Below are positions 36,601-45,285 of a stretch of DNA of 64,000 bases, piece by piece. Numbering within the stretch: the stretch's first letter is position 1; the number at the start of each line of letters is the position of its first letter. Both the position numbers and the translations under genes were made by a program. Origin of the DNA: Gemmatimonadota bacterium (GTDB taxonomy: Bacteria; Gemmatimonadota; Gemmatimonadetes; Gemmatimonadales; GWC2-71-9); contig JBEPVA010000001.1 in assembly GCA_041691295.1 (NCBI GenBank), positions 6,008 through 70,007 of the forward strand. The letters are read 5' to 3'. The notes below the pieces were generated by a model. It saw only the letters and a list, made by a program, of their open reading frames with translations, ran no database searches and had not been told where the DNA came from.

Positions 36601-38407
36601 TGTCATGGTAGAACCAGGTCTTGGTGCCCAACCCCAAGTGCATTGACCGAGTGGGCTGCCCGAACCGGTCCACCCAGAAGGTGACGGCATCGGACAGCCC
36701 GCTCAGGGGGCCATCATATTGAGTCGTCAGCCCCAGGCTATCGGTCGTCAGGGCCAGTGCCCCCAGCCCGTTCTCGTCCCAATTCGTGATATACGAGGTC
36801 TGGAACTGAGCCCCGGCTGAATCAGCCTGCACCTCCACCTTGGTCAGTCTGGCGGAGTTGGCATAGGTGAACCTGGTGACTGCGGTATCAGCCAGGGTGG
36901 TATGCGCCTGTCTGGGATAGGACCGCCAGGTCATCCGGCCACCGGCGTCGTACCCGAACCGAGTGGTGTCGGTGGCACCCGGCTGAATCAGGCTGGTCAG
37001 CCGGCCACTTGCGATCGTCGCCTTGAGCTGTCGCCCGGTCGGATCGGTAATCCCCTGGAACACCGCCGTCCCGCTCCATTGCAGCGTGTATTTCAGGGAG
37101 TCGGTGCCGTTCGGCGGCACCACGATCGAAATCAGACGGGTTTGGCCATTGACGGTGCCCCAGTTGAAGGTGGTCACCGCCTTGGCACGATTCGTCGTTG
37201 ACCGGTGACGCCCGGTCGGGTCGAATCGGACCGATGCGCCATGCTTGAGGTTGCGGAGATACCACTTGCCCCCGGTGCCGGTGTAGTAGATCAGGCTATC
37301 GGGCGCATCCCCCGGCGCCGCCTGGAATACGGTGTCCCCCGGCAGTTTCTTGCTGTAGACGCGCAGCGAGCCATCGCCCGCTGCCCAGATGCGCTTCGTC
37401 GAGTCCCCTGGGACGGTCAGGATCTGCTCCACACCCAGGAGCGACCATCCCTGCCCGTACTCGCTGGCCGAGCGATTCAGCACCAGAACTTTGCCGGTGG
37501 CGGTATCGATCCTCGGACCCGACGCATAGGTATTCGTGACGATGAGCGTGTCGGGATAGTAGCCAGTCGCAATCCCCGTCATCGATCGACCGAAGACGAC
37601 CTGTTGGGAATCTGACCACGGCGCGCAAGGCGAGCCGGTGCAATTCGAATTGTAGGCCGGCGGGGCCATGAAGAACGAGTCCTTGAGCCCCGCCAGTTTC
37701 AGCACTCCGATGACATTGGTCGGCAATGCGATGGTGCTGGCCTCCACCACCCGCGCGGGCACCAGCACCAGCCCGACCGCAGCCGCGGAGTTATAGTAGA
37801 GGGTGGGACTCCGGTCCTTGCCGAGAGTCCGGTAGGCTGGCAGGCTGGCGGTCACGAAGAGATCTCCACACGAAATCCCCGCACTCTCCCCGGCGCCGAG
37901 CGTCAGGCAGAGACCCCGATCAACGTTGGCCACATTGGTATCGACCAGCCGGATCGACGCGTACCCGCTCGCGGCCACGACAATGGTCCGCGATCGGTTG
38001 GGCCCGCCGGCATCGTTCACGGAGACCGAGGCACCGGCGTATCCGGAACCCGTGGTCGCTGAGGTGGCATAGGTGATGGTAAGGGTGATGACCTGACCCG
38101 CGGTCAACGTCGCCGTGGCGGGCGTCACCGAGCTGCAGGTCACGGGGCCGCTCTGGACGCAGCTCATATCCACCGACCGGCCGCCGGTCGACACATTCTT
38201 GATCTGTTCCTGAAAGGTGAACGGTCCCGAACTCGGCAGGCGGTTGGGCTCGTATTGCGGCGTGCCACCCACGAAAACCACGTCATCGCCGAGGGCGTTG
38301 GTGTGAACTTGTGCGGCAATCGGTCCTGGCGCCAAGGCAATAAGAAGCCCCAAGAGCCTCAGCGAGACCCCACCAGACCAGACGGGTCCGCCCGCGCGAC
38401 GTGTCAT
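33674..38407 (-). CDS. RHS / YD-repeat polymorphic toxin with C-terminal HExxH metallopeptidase-like domain
   Basis: 1577 aa. Sec signal. Many YD repeats (FGYDAGGRM, YKYDALNRV, FRYDSVGNL, FSYDASGRL, YTYDLIGRV). Core end is RNRAYDSRTGRWLQEDPLGV...DPFGL. The ~135-aa tip contains LGHETAHAL. Confidence 0.9.
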   Translation of the reverse strand: MTRRAGGPVWSGGVSLRLLGLLIALAPGPIAAQVHTNALGDDVVFVGGTPQYEPNRLPSSGPFTFQEQIKNVSTGGRSVDMSCVQSGPVTCSSVTPATATLTAGQVITLTITYATSATTGSGYAGASVSVNDAGGPNRSRTIVVAASGYASIRLVDTNVANVDRGLCLTLGAGESAGISCGDLFVTASLPAYRTLGKDRSPTLYYNSAAAVGLVLVPARVVEASTIALPTNVIGVLKLAGLKDSFFMAPPAYNSNCTGSPCAPWSDSQQVVFGRSMTGIATGYYPDTLIVTNTYASGPRIDTATGKVLVLNRSASEYGQGWSLLGVEQILTVPGDSTKRIWAAGDGSLRVYSKKLPGDTVFQAAPGDAPDSLIYYTGTGGKWYLRNLKHGASVRFDPTGRHRSTTNRAKAVTTFNWGTVNGQTRLISIVVPPNGTDSLKYTLQWSGTAVFQGITDPTGRQLKATIASGRLTSLIQPGATDTTRFGYDAGGRMTWRSYPRQAHTTLADTAVTRFTYANSARLTKVEVQADSAGAQFQTSYITNWDENGLGALALTTDSLGLTTQYDGPLSGLSDAVTFWVDRFGQPTRSMHLGLGTKTWFYHDSTKTPALVTKVVYPHPTTAGATGRVIRMSWNARGNLTQVKDSTKALDGRGNRTSTYAYDTVSTSLVPDSPKSVTDPMGRVTSFFYDSLGFLEHTLDPRTHITKYAVHGAGLNRGVLDSVVDKSVTTWSQYFGTTSVIDQTVRFRYDSVGNLQVTWDAAGMATGYVNDNVGRALDIYDPAEMRTSYKYDALNRVTQARAVTKPVPNYLIPSALASLSTCNAAQVICTLNEWSQDTIPDSLITNYTQGRVGITQVSDPRAVARTYRRDARALLSSEQDDYGASNISFYSTDGLLQTTTLRTGQVIHFSYDASGRLMSRWFGSVTRNSLTTPGDTTNYTYDLIGRVLTTQNRNAKLIQTYFADGALKSKIIASTSAFAPIDTIRYTYDLGGARTSMYHAIQSNDFNNHNPVRDSLAYGYYSQGDLYTITTFLDLVRGNTAAWATSQTFTFIPDELGRRDSIYYPVRHMVVAYDHDIRGVVRRVVSLPGDPPPASNMHGDILKFSLSDNRDAIGRLTNRVMTCDRAQTWMGSECHTSSSLNENDDYLYNWRNMLTKQQSRLDYVSQWKQYDASGNMVWSKDSGGAYVDLKNFQVATGHNRVLSMADSTSGVPRYPLILMSYDANGAREIDSAHAGGGGAGLDTRSRIQFYDASGRMSGMAWAETNLAFNTTGLNSCQYYPDGQLSNPCGAAPKLAYDGDNVAGIFATRVYQVIQGPGLDDPLMAVGQYPVVGSFPEWRTYYFVTDGQGRLLASSDSTGNLQSNPDNNGTVSGWQYSGGTSNSTSFAAGRMNIPQTPEVSMFRNRAYDSRTGRWLQEDPLGVSGGLNLYQFNGNNPAMYTDPFGLKLDVEAGAQMYVDLCRQKSGTCNANLAKLEKSKIVYHIVELGPKDPLPRGKFSGATSGQVVHNQVEIQIKPSDFAGSEGRIHVKVDGVIVLGHETAHALTVTSAGTGCTDGDPCTLANENIIRAELGPEYGQRQP

Positions 38408-38704
38408 AAGGAACTCCGATGGGAGGCGGTGGAGGAACCGGGCCGCTCAGCCACTCATCCGGCCAAGCACGACAGACCGCACATTCAGTTGACTCACGAA
38501 TCGACGCCACGATATTGCGTCGTGAGCCTCCGGAGAACAACTACCGTCGATGGTAGGGAAGAAAAACCGAACAAGATGCCATTCCGAGAACAGCGGCGGG
38601 AGCAGGATTTTTCGTCGTTCCAGGGCTTCCGGGATCAGGCCATCTCACTCTCTGCGAAACCCGGCTGGCGGAATCTGCGCCGATAATCACAGGAGCTCCT
38701 CTTC

Positions 38705-39094
38705 ATGGCAACCACCACCGACCAGAACAAGCAGAACGTCTGGGCCTTCTACGACCTGGCCTTCAACCAGCAGCAGCCCGAGCAGGCGGTCCAGCGCTAC
38801 CTCGGCGCCAGCTACAAGCAGCACAACCCGATGGCCGCCGATGGACCCGAGCCGTTCATCGGCTTCGTCCGCTGGATCACCGGTGAGAATCCCAAGCTGC
38901 GATTCGAGAAAAAGCGGATCATCGCCGAAGGGGATCTGGTCACGGTGCACTCACACCTGGTCCCGGCCCCCGGCGCCCGCGGCACCGCGGTCATGGACAT
39001 CTTCCGGCTGGACGGGGACGGCAAGATCGTGGAGCACTGGGATGTGCTGCAGGAGGTGCCCGAGACGGCCAAGAACGGCAATACGATGTTCTAG
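38705..39094 (+). CDS. SnoaL-like / NTF2-fold protein
   Basis: 129 aa. Pattern ends ..DIFRLDGDGKIVEHWDVLQ. Confidence 0.75.
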   Translation: MATTTDQNKQNVWAFYDLAFNQQQPEQAVQRYLGASYKQHNPMAADGPEPFIGFVRWITGENPKLRFEKKRIIAEGDLVTVHSHLVPAPGARGTAVMDIFRLDGDGKIVEHWDVLQEVPETAKNGNTMF

Positions 39095-39127
39095 GAGCGC
39101 CCGTTAGCGGCAGTTAATCGTGCAGGG

Positions 39128-40285
39128 CTAGTTCGGAGGAAAGGCGAAGGCGCGGATCAGATACTTCGTGAAATAGTCTGTATAGAGGTAGTAAAAACGC
39201 TGCAGCATCGCGAATGCGATGCCGAGGAACAGTGGTGGGATAACAAGAAGCGCGAAACGCTCATCCACTGAAGTCCCACCAAGTAGGTCACCTTGGGAAT
39301 ACCACCAGATGAGTCCGTATAGGAAGGCAAGGTAGAACGCAGTCGCGATGTTCCTGGCAAAGCTGTATAACCGCAACCAGTTCAGCAGCGCCGGTACAGT
39401 TGCCGGATCGGACCGGCGCAAAAATATGAAGGCATTCCAGAAGGCGGAAGAGCCGTCACCGGTCCAGGCCGCACCAAGGAGCTTTGAAAGATTCTCGACA
39501 AATTTCTCCTGCGTGAGAGAATCGATCAAGCGAGTACTTTCTGATGCTGCGCCCAAGATCCTGGTAATCACCCGAGAAGGCCAAGAAAATGCACGTAAGG
39601 CCGTCCGCGCGGCCAATAGGGCCCAGTTCGCGATAGACAACTGAAGAAGCTGCGCCCGCCTATAGGAATCAGCCGTTGAGAAAAGCTTCGTTATCCCCCT
39701 ACACACAATCGCAGCTACAAGGACTATTGCAAGCACGAGAGCGGTCGTTTGAATCGGGTCTCCATTCCAAGTTGGCAGCAAATTCTCAAGGGGCGCCGGG
39801 ATCAGGACCCTAAGCGGCTTGGCACTCGCTGGGCTGAGGTAGCGAACCACAAGATAGAAATTCAACCAGAACATCATCCCACGGTAGAAGTCACGGCCGT
39901 CGAGCTGGTCTTGGCTTGGCTTGTCTCTCCCCAAGAATTGAAGTATCGGGTACCCGTGTCCTTTCGCGATGTACATGCGGTCAATTGTTATTGCGGAAAT
40001 AGATGCAATCACGTGGCCGACGACGTAGGCGAGTAGAAGCAGTGAACCAACGATCAGGGCGTCGGTGAGCCAGGAGCTACTTGTGTTAACTAAGAAAAGC
40101 GCACCAACCGTGGAGTAGAGGGGCGTCTTAGGCGCACAGTGTGCTGCACAGACGTGTGCCGCCGCAAGCCATTCGAAGGCCGTCACACACGCAAGAAAAC
40201 ACGCCCCCGGAACGAAGTATCCAAGGACGTCATACGCGTCAAACGGAGATTTGGCCGCTGAAATAGCCGAGTCGTCTGTACTCAA
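39128..40285 (-). CDS. polytopic membrane protein of unknown function (lower GC)
   Basis: TTG 40285. 385 aa. At least 6 hydrophobic helices. No motif recognised. Confidence 0.6.
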   Translation of the reverse strand: MSTDDSAISAAKSPFDAYDVLGYFVPGACFLACVTAFEWLAAAHVCAAHCAPKTPLYSTVGALFLVNTSSSWLTDALIVGSLLLLAYVVGHVIASISAITIDRMYIAKGHGYPILQFLGRDKPSQDQLDGRDFYRGMMFWLNFYLVVRYLSPASAKPLRVLIPAPLENLLPTWNGDPIQTTALVLAIVLVAAIVCRGITKLFSTADSYRRAQLLQLSIANWALLAARTALRAFSWPSRVITRILGAASESTRLIDSLTQEKFVENLSKLLGAAWTGDGSSAFWNAFIFLRRSDPATVPALLNWLRLYSFARNIATAFYLAFLYGLIWWYSQGDLLGGTSVDERFALLVIPPLFLGIAFAMLQRFYYLYTDYFTKYLIRAFAFPPN

Positions 40286-40342
40286 GCAGGGGTCCTGTTG
40301 ATGACAGCCGAGTGTGATCAGTCTCGGACTTGCTCGATCCGA

Positions 40343-40633
40343 TTACTCGACCTTGGGCACGTTTCCCAAATTGTCATTGGATCGATCGAGAATTCGACGA
40401 TACACATTGTGTGCGATTGGCCAGGACATGCCACCTGTCACGAGTCCTATTGGGCCACTCAACAAGCTGCCAAGCACAGCAAAGAGAAGCGCCCCTCCAG
40501 CGATATCCGCTGCAGAGGACGGGGTGGGGCCCATAAGCGAGCGTTGAGTTTCGATTGGTTTCGAACCAGTACCAGGGCCCGAGGTACTTGCAGTCGAACC
40601 AGTGGAGGGCTTATCGATGAGGCCGGTAGCCAT
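40343..40633 (-). CDS. small protein with glycine-zipper-like TM segment
   Basis: ATG 40633 lies 6 nt after GGGAG. 96 aa. S/T/G/P-rich N-terminus, then IAGGALLFAVLGSLLSGPIGLVTGG. Confidence 0.45.
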   Translation of the reverse strand: MATGLIDKPSTGSTASTSGPGTGSKPIETQRSLMGPTPSSAADIAGGALLFAVLGSLLSGPIGLVTGGMSWPIAHNVYRRILDRSNDNLGNVPKVE

Positions 40634-40819
40634 ACATTGCTCCCGAATGATCCTGTGAGAACGCTCAGAGAAACGCGGGGCCCCCAATAATGGGGTGCCG
40701 GCCAAGATTCCGAAAGGGTAAGGGGGTATCGTCGACACGTCCGGCGATCAAGCGCCCAGGTTGTCCCCAATTTGGGCGCCTTGTAGGTCCCCCATCCCCA
40801 ATTGGGTTTAGGAGTTGGT

Positions 40820-41437
40820 TCAGACCGTGGCCGTCGAATGCCGCCGCCGTGCCACCTGGTCCCCGATGGCCCGCAGATCGACCATGGCTCTGGCATACGG
40901 ACGGAGCTGTTCGGAGACGATGTCCAGGTTGCCGATCAGGAGCACCTTCACGTTGTCATGCTCCACCAGGTGCTGCACCACCTCGGCAAAGTCACCGTCG
41001 CCGGCAGCCAGGAGCAGCGTGGTCCAGCCCCGCCTGGCATGGGACCGCACCAGGTGGAATGCAAAGCCGATATCGGCCGCCTTCTGATGAATGAATTCGT
41101 AGGGCACCCCGGACTGGGGATGCACCACCGTGCCGCCACCCATGCCAAGCGGCCAGTTCAGCCGGCGCTTCTCGGAGGGATACAGCTTGACCCGGAGCCC
41201 TGGCCCGTTGGGCGGCGGAAAGGCCAGGGCGTTGTGAAAGGCGCTCTGCCGGGCGGACAGCGGATCGCCCTCGGCGTGGAAGTAATAGGCATCCTCGATG
41301 CCGTCGGGGGTACCCGCCGCGGCACACTGCGATTCGAGATACTGCCGGAGCTTCAGGTAATCGAGGTGATCATTGCGCTGGAGCCTGCTCCAGCAACGAT
41401 GCACAAAAGCGCCATCGACGAACCATGCCACCGACAT
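40820..41437 (-). CDS. NYN domain (LabA-like, PIN-related) protein
   Basis: ATG 41437 lies 7 nt after AGGGAG. Motifs VAWFVDGAFV, QKAADIGFAFHLV, LLAAGDGDFAEVVQHLVEHDNVKVLLIG. Confidence 0.75.
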   Translation of the reverse strand: MSVAWFVDGAFVHRCWSRLQRNDHLDYLKLRQYLESQCAAAGTPDGIEDAYYFHAEGDPLSARQSAFHNALAFPPPNGPGLRVKLYPSEKRRLNWPLGMGGGTVVHPQSGVPYEFIHQKAADIGFAFHLVRSHARRGWTTLLLAAGDGDFAEVVQHLVEHDNVKVLLIGNLDIVSEQLRPYARAMVDLRAIGDQVARRRHSTATV

Positions 41438-41545
41438 GACGCCGCTCCCTGGGGGGTCGAACCGTCCGACCGGATATGTATACGGGTTATCTAGCTGGTA
41501 CACCGGAGGGAGCTCAACTGCTGGCCGGCAGGGCGCCGGCCCCGA

Positions 41546-42346
41546 TCAGGCGACGTACGACTTGACCCACTGCTCCAGCTGGGCCAGGTCCAGCCCGGCA
41601 TCCTTGCAGGGGCCGCTGGGCAGGGTCATGGTCAGCCCCAGGACCGGCACCTTTCCGGCCACATCGTGCAGACCGCTGACCATATCCCGCTCGCAGGCCA
41701 CGGCCACCACCGCCCGGGGCCGCCGCTCCCGGATAACCCGGCGGGCCAGCTGGCCCCGGGTGGCCACGAAGACCGGCACCTCGTACTTGCCGGCAATGGC
41801 CAGCACCCCATCGAGTGCCGCCTTGGACAGGCAGCGCGGAATCAGCAGCAGCAGTTCCCCCCGTCCCACCTTCCGCCCCCGCTCGGCGGCCAGTGCGTTG
41901 TAGACCTTGACCGAAGCGTTCTCCACCCAGTCTCGACGTCCGAAACGCTCGGCAACCCGCGAGGTGAGCCGCATCAACCGGAGAAAGGGACCACGCTCGG
42001 CCAGCCGCTCGGGCAGCAGCGGATGACGAAACGCAAAGGAGAGCACCAGCAGCAACCACCAGAGCCAGAGCAGTCCGCTGATTACTCCGAGCGAAATCCA
42101 GGCTACCGATGGGAGTATGGGATTGAGGAGCGCCAGCCGAGGGGCGAGCAGGAACAGTACGAGTGCGGCCAGGCCGAGGGCGGTCGCCATGGCGGCGGCG
42201 GACCAGAGGAAGAAGAGAGGCGGCGCCGAATCGTAATTGCCGCCATCGGGAAGGGGCTGACCGTCCCACTCGTCCCATTCGTGGCCGAGCCGGCGGTCAA
42301 CGTCGATATGGATGAGCTGGGCCCGGGGTGCGCTGTCGGTTGTCAC
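41546..42346 (-). CDS. DUF116-like membrane protein
   Basis: N-terminal TM helices, then LLLLIPRCL...AVVAVACERDMVSGL, as in DUF116. GTG start with no clear RBS. Confidence 0.65.
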   Translation of the reverse strand: MTTDSAPRAQLIHIDVDRRLGHEWDEWDGQPLPDGGNYDSAPPLFFLWSAAAMATALGLAALVLFLLAPRLALLNPILPSVAWISLGVISGLLWLWWLLLVLSFAFRHPLLPERLAERGPFLRLMRLTSRVAERFGRRDWVENASVKVYNALAAERGRKVGRGELLLLIPRCLSKAALDGVLAIAGKYEVPVFVATRGQLARRVIRERRPRAVVAVACERDMVSGLHDVAGKVPVLGLTMTLPSGPCKDAGLDLAQLEQWVKSYVA

Positions 42347-42415
42347 AGGGTGAAAGGGTTTCCCCCAAGCCGTTGCTTGTCAAGGGAGAATCGGGCCGCC
42401 TAGCTTTCCTTATAT

Positions 42416-44074
42416 ATGCCGAGACCACCAATACTTCGGGGTTTGTTCCGGAATGACCCCCGGGCCAGGGCCGCGTACTCCGAAGGGGCTGGAATTCACC
42501 GGATCATCCCAGAGGCCATTGCCCGGCCGGCCGACATCGCTGATCTGCAGGCACTGGTGCGCTGGGCGGCCGACCATGCAACCGCGTTGATCCCGCGCGG
42601 CGCCGGCAGCAGCATGGCTGGCGCAGCCATCGGCGAAGGCATCATCGTCGATCTCACGGCCATGGAGCCGCGAGTCCTCACCATCGATCCGATCGCTCGC
42701 CGGGCGCGGAGTTCCGGCGGAATGACCGTGGCCGAACTCAACTCCAGAGCCGCAGAGCACGGATTGCGGATGCCGGTCGAGCCGTCGAGCAGCCGCTGGG
42801 CCACGCTGGCGGGAGTAGTGGGGACCAATGCTGCCGGCGCCCGAAGCCTCCGCCTGGGCAGCGTCCGCCGCTGGGTCAGGAGTCTGGAGCTGGTGACCGC
42901 CGATGGAGCGATCGACCGCACGACTCGCGATGTGACTGACAAGCCGGCGAGTGGAATCGTCAGTCAATTCGAGCGGCAGACCGCACCCGGCCTCAGGGCC
43001 AGCAGCAATCTGATCGGCCACGCCTTTCCTCACACCCACAAGAACTCGGCTGGCTACGCGCTCGATGCCTGGCTCGAGAGCTGGCAGGCCATTGACCTGC
43101 TGGTCGGCAGTGAAGGAACGCTGGCCGTTACTACTGGAATCGAATGGGAACTCGAACCGATTCCTCCCGCCCGCAGCGCGGTCCGTGTCGCCCTCGATGA
43201 CCTGACCACCCTGGGTGACGCCGTCAGCGCCCTGCTGGCGCTCGATCCTTCGGCGATCGAACTGCTCGATCGCACCTTTCTGGACCTGGTTCGGCAGCAC
43301 CGCGGCAGCGCCGCACTGCCTGAGCTTTCAGCCGGCACCGAGGCCATCCTGCTGGTCGAGTTCGAGGGCACGACGGGGGAGGCAGTCCGGCAGCGGGCCC
43401 AATCGGCGGTGGCCCTGGTGGCGCCCTGGTCGCGTGATGTGTCGATCGCGCTCACGCCGGCGGCAGAGGAACAGCTCTGGCACCTGCGCCACGCCGCCAG
43501 TCCGATCCTGGCGGGGCTGTCGGAACGGCGCCGCTCGGTCCAGGTCATCGAGGATGGCTGTGTGCCGGTGGCCAGGCTCGGGGCCTACATCGAAATCGTC
43601 CGTGCCGAGGCGCTGGCTCGCGGGCTGCAGGTGGTTATCTTCGGCCACGCCGGAGACGGCAACATCCACGTCAATCTGCTGCCGGACCTCGACCGGGCCG
43701 ACTGGACCCGGCAGCTCACCAGTCTGTTCGAGGCGGTCAATGCCGCCGTGATCCGCCTCGGCGGTACCGTGAGCGGTGAACATGGCGTTGGCCGGCTCCG
43801 GGCCGGATGGATGGAGCGGCAGTACGGGCCTGAGGTCGTGGCACTGTTCCGACAGATCAAGCAGGGGTTCGATCCGCGGGGAATCCTCAATCCGGGTGTC
43901 ATCCTGCCGGACGGGCAGCCGCCGATTGCCAGGCTCAAGTTCGACCCCGGTGCCCAGCCGATTCCGGCCGATATCGTCCGGGCACTACGCAGCATCGAGC
44001 GGGACGGGGGCTATGCCCTGTCCCGGATGGCCATAGCCGACCAGACCACCGACCCTCACCCAGCCGCGTCATGA
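42416..44074 (+). CDS. FAD-linked oxidase (GlcD / D-lactate dehydrogenase-like)
   Basis: Motifs LIPRGAGSSMAGAAIG, GTVSGEHGVGR, FDPRGILNPG. Confidence 0.85.
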   Translation: MPRPPILRGLFRNDPRARAAYSEGAGIHRIIPEAIARPADIADLQALVRWAADHATALIPRGAGSSMAGAAIGEGIIVDLTAMEPRVLTIDPIARRARSSGGMTVAELNSRAAEHGLRMPVEPSSSRWATLAGVVGTNAAGARSLRLGSVRRWVRSLELVTADGAIDRTTRDVTDKPASGIVSQFERQTAPGLRASSNLIGHAFPHTHKNSAGYALDAWLESWQAIDLLVGSEGTLAVTTGIEWELEPIPPARSAVRVALDDLTTLGDAVSALLALDPSAIELLDRTFLDLVRQHRGSAALPELSAGTEAILLVEFEGTTGEAVRQRAQSAVALVAPWSRDVSIALTPAAEEQLWHLRHAASPILAGLSERRRSVQVIEDGCVPVARLGAYIEIVRAEALARGLQVVIFGHAGDGNIHVNLLPDLDRADWTRQLTSLFEAVNAAVIRLGGTVSGEHGVGRLRAGWMERQYGPEVVALFRQIKQGFDPRGILNPGVILPDGQPPIARLKFDPGAQPIPADIVRALRSIERDGGYALSRMAIADQTTDPHPAAS

Positions 44075-44823
44075 AGATCCTTCGCGATCCCCTGATCACC
44101 CTGCTTGCCCGCCCCCAGTTCATCGAACCGGAGCATCTGCCGGTCCAGTGGAGGGGGGAATCGACCGACGGCGAGCGGCTGGCCGAGTTCGCCGGCCGGC
44201 TCTGCTACATGAGCCAGCACAATCCGGCGGAGCGGACCACCGCGGAGTACCTCGGCAATATCCTCAAGCAGGGGCATGGCTCGGTCTTCGAGCATTCGGT
44301 CTACGTGCTGCTGATCGAGGGGATTTCGAGGTCCTGCAGCCACGAACTGGTCCGCCACCGGGCCGGATTCGGCTATTCGCAGCTCTCCCAGCGGTACGTG
44401 GACGAGTCTGATGCCGCCTTCGTGATGCCGCCGGCCATTCAGGGGGAGGGCACCATGGAAGACGAGTGGCAGCGGCAGGTCGAGTCAGCCCAGGCGGCCT
44501 ATATCCAGGGCGTCGACCGGTTGATGACCAAGTACGAGTGGGTCGAGAGCAAGGTCCATCGCCGGAAGATGGCGCGGGAAGCGGCCAGGAGCGTGCTGCC
44601 CAATGCCACCGAGGTGAAGATCGTGGTCAGCGCCAATGTCCGGGCCTGGCGCACCATGCTCGAACTCCGGCTTGGCGAGGGTGCGGAGCTCGAGATCAGG
44701 CGGATGGCGGTCGCCTGCCTGCGGATGCTGCAGAAGGAGGCGCCTGCCCTGTTTGCCGACTTCGAGATCTACCGGGCGGCGGACGGGACGGAGTGCGGGA
44801 GAGTCGGGTATCACAAAGTCTAG
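44071..44823 (+). CDS. thyX: FAD-dependent thymidylate synthase
   Basis: ThyX signature ELVRHRAGFGYSQLSQRY. ATGA overlap with the upstream gene. Confidence 0.9.
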   Translation: MKILRDPLITLLARPQFIEPEHLPVQWRGESTDGERLAEFAGRLCYMSQHNPAERTTAEYLGNILKQGHGSVFEHSVYVLLIEGISRSCSHELVRHRAGFGYSQLSQRYVDESDAAFVMPPAIQGEGTMEDEWQRQVESAQAAYIQGVDRLMTKYEWVESKVHRRKMAREAARSVLPNATEVKIVVSANVRAWRTMLELRLGEGAELEIRRMAVACLRMLQKEAPALFADFEIYRAADGTECGRVGYHKV

Positions 44824-44880
44824 AGTCGAGGGTCGAGGAGCCTGTCCCGAGCGCAGCGAGGGATCGAGGGTCGAGCGAAA
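44821..44880 (+). repeat. heptamer-periodic tract (GTCGAGG family) beginning at the thyX stop codon
   Basis: tagagtc gagggtc gaggagc ctgtccc gagcgca gcgaggg atcgagg gtcgagc. The first 18 nt are the exact reverse complement of 58020-58037. Confidence 0.75.
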
Positions 44881-45285
44881 AATCGGCGGATTGACTGAGA
44901 AATCACCGCATCGGGGGGCTTCGGAGGTCGAGGTCTCCCGTTTTTTGCATCATTGAGCCTCATCTTGCCGATTTTTCGGAGTTGGAAGCCGTCTTTCAGG
45001 GTGATTCAGGCATTTCGAAGGGTCCGAATCCTACTTTCCCCGATGAAATGATCGATCGCACGACGAAATTTCTTCGAGTTGGAGCCCTGCTTTTCGCTTC
45101 GGACCATCGATTGATCGCCTTTTGAGCGTGAAATGGTCGCAAACTCAACAAAATCAACAACAAAACTATTGTGCGATCAGACACTATTTCTTAAGTTAGT
45201 AGTGCAACAGCTAATGAAGCTCGCGTTCGAGCGCTAACACGCTGATAACTTCGGAACGCGGCGGCCATCCTCAACGAGGGATCGA

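Noticed and set aside
45010-45040. tRNA-like T-loop resemblance (gggtccgaatcc).
   Set aside because: The flanking bases do not form a T-stem, acceptor stem or anticodon arm. No cloverleaf can be drawn.
44996-45184. 62-aa minus-strand ORF in the thyX/ATP-grasp spacer.
   Set aside because: There is no RBS. Codon usage is unlike the neighbouring genes, with low GC3. It sits in a repeat- and hairpin-rich spacer. Kept only as part of the spacer finding.
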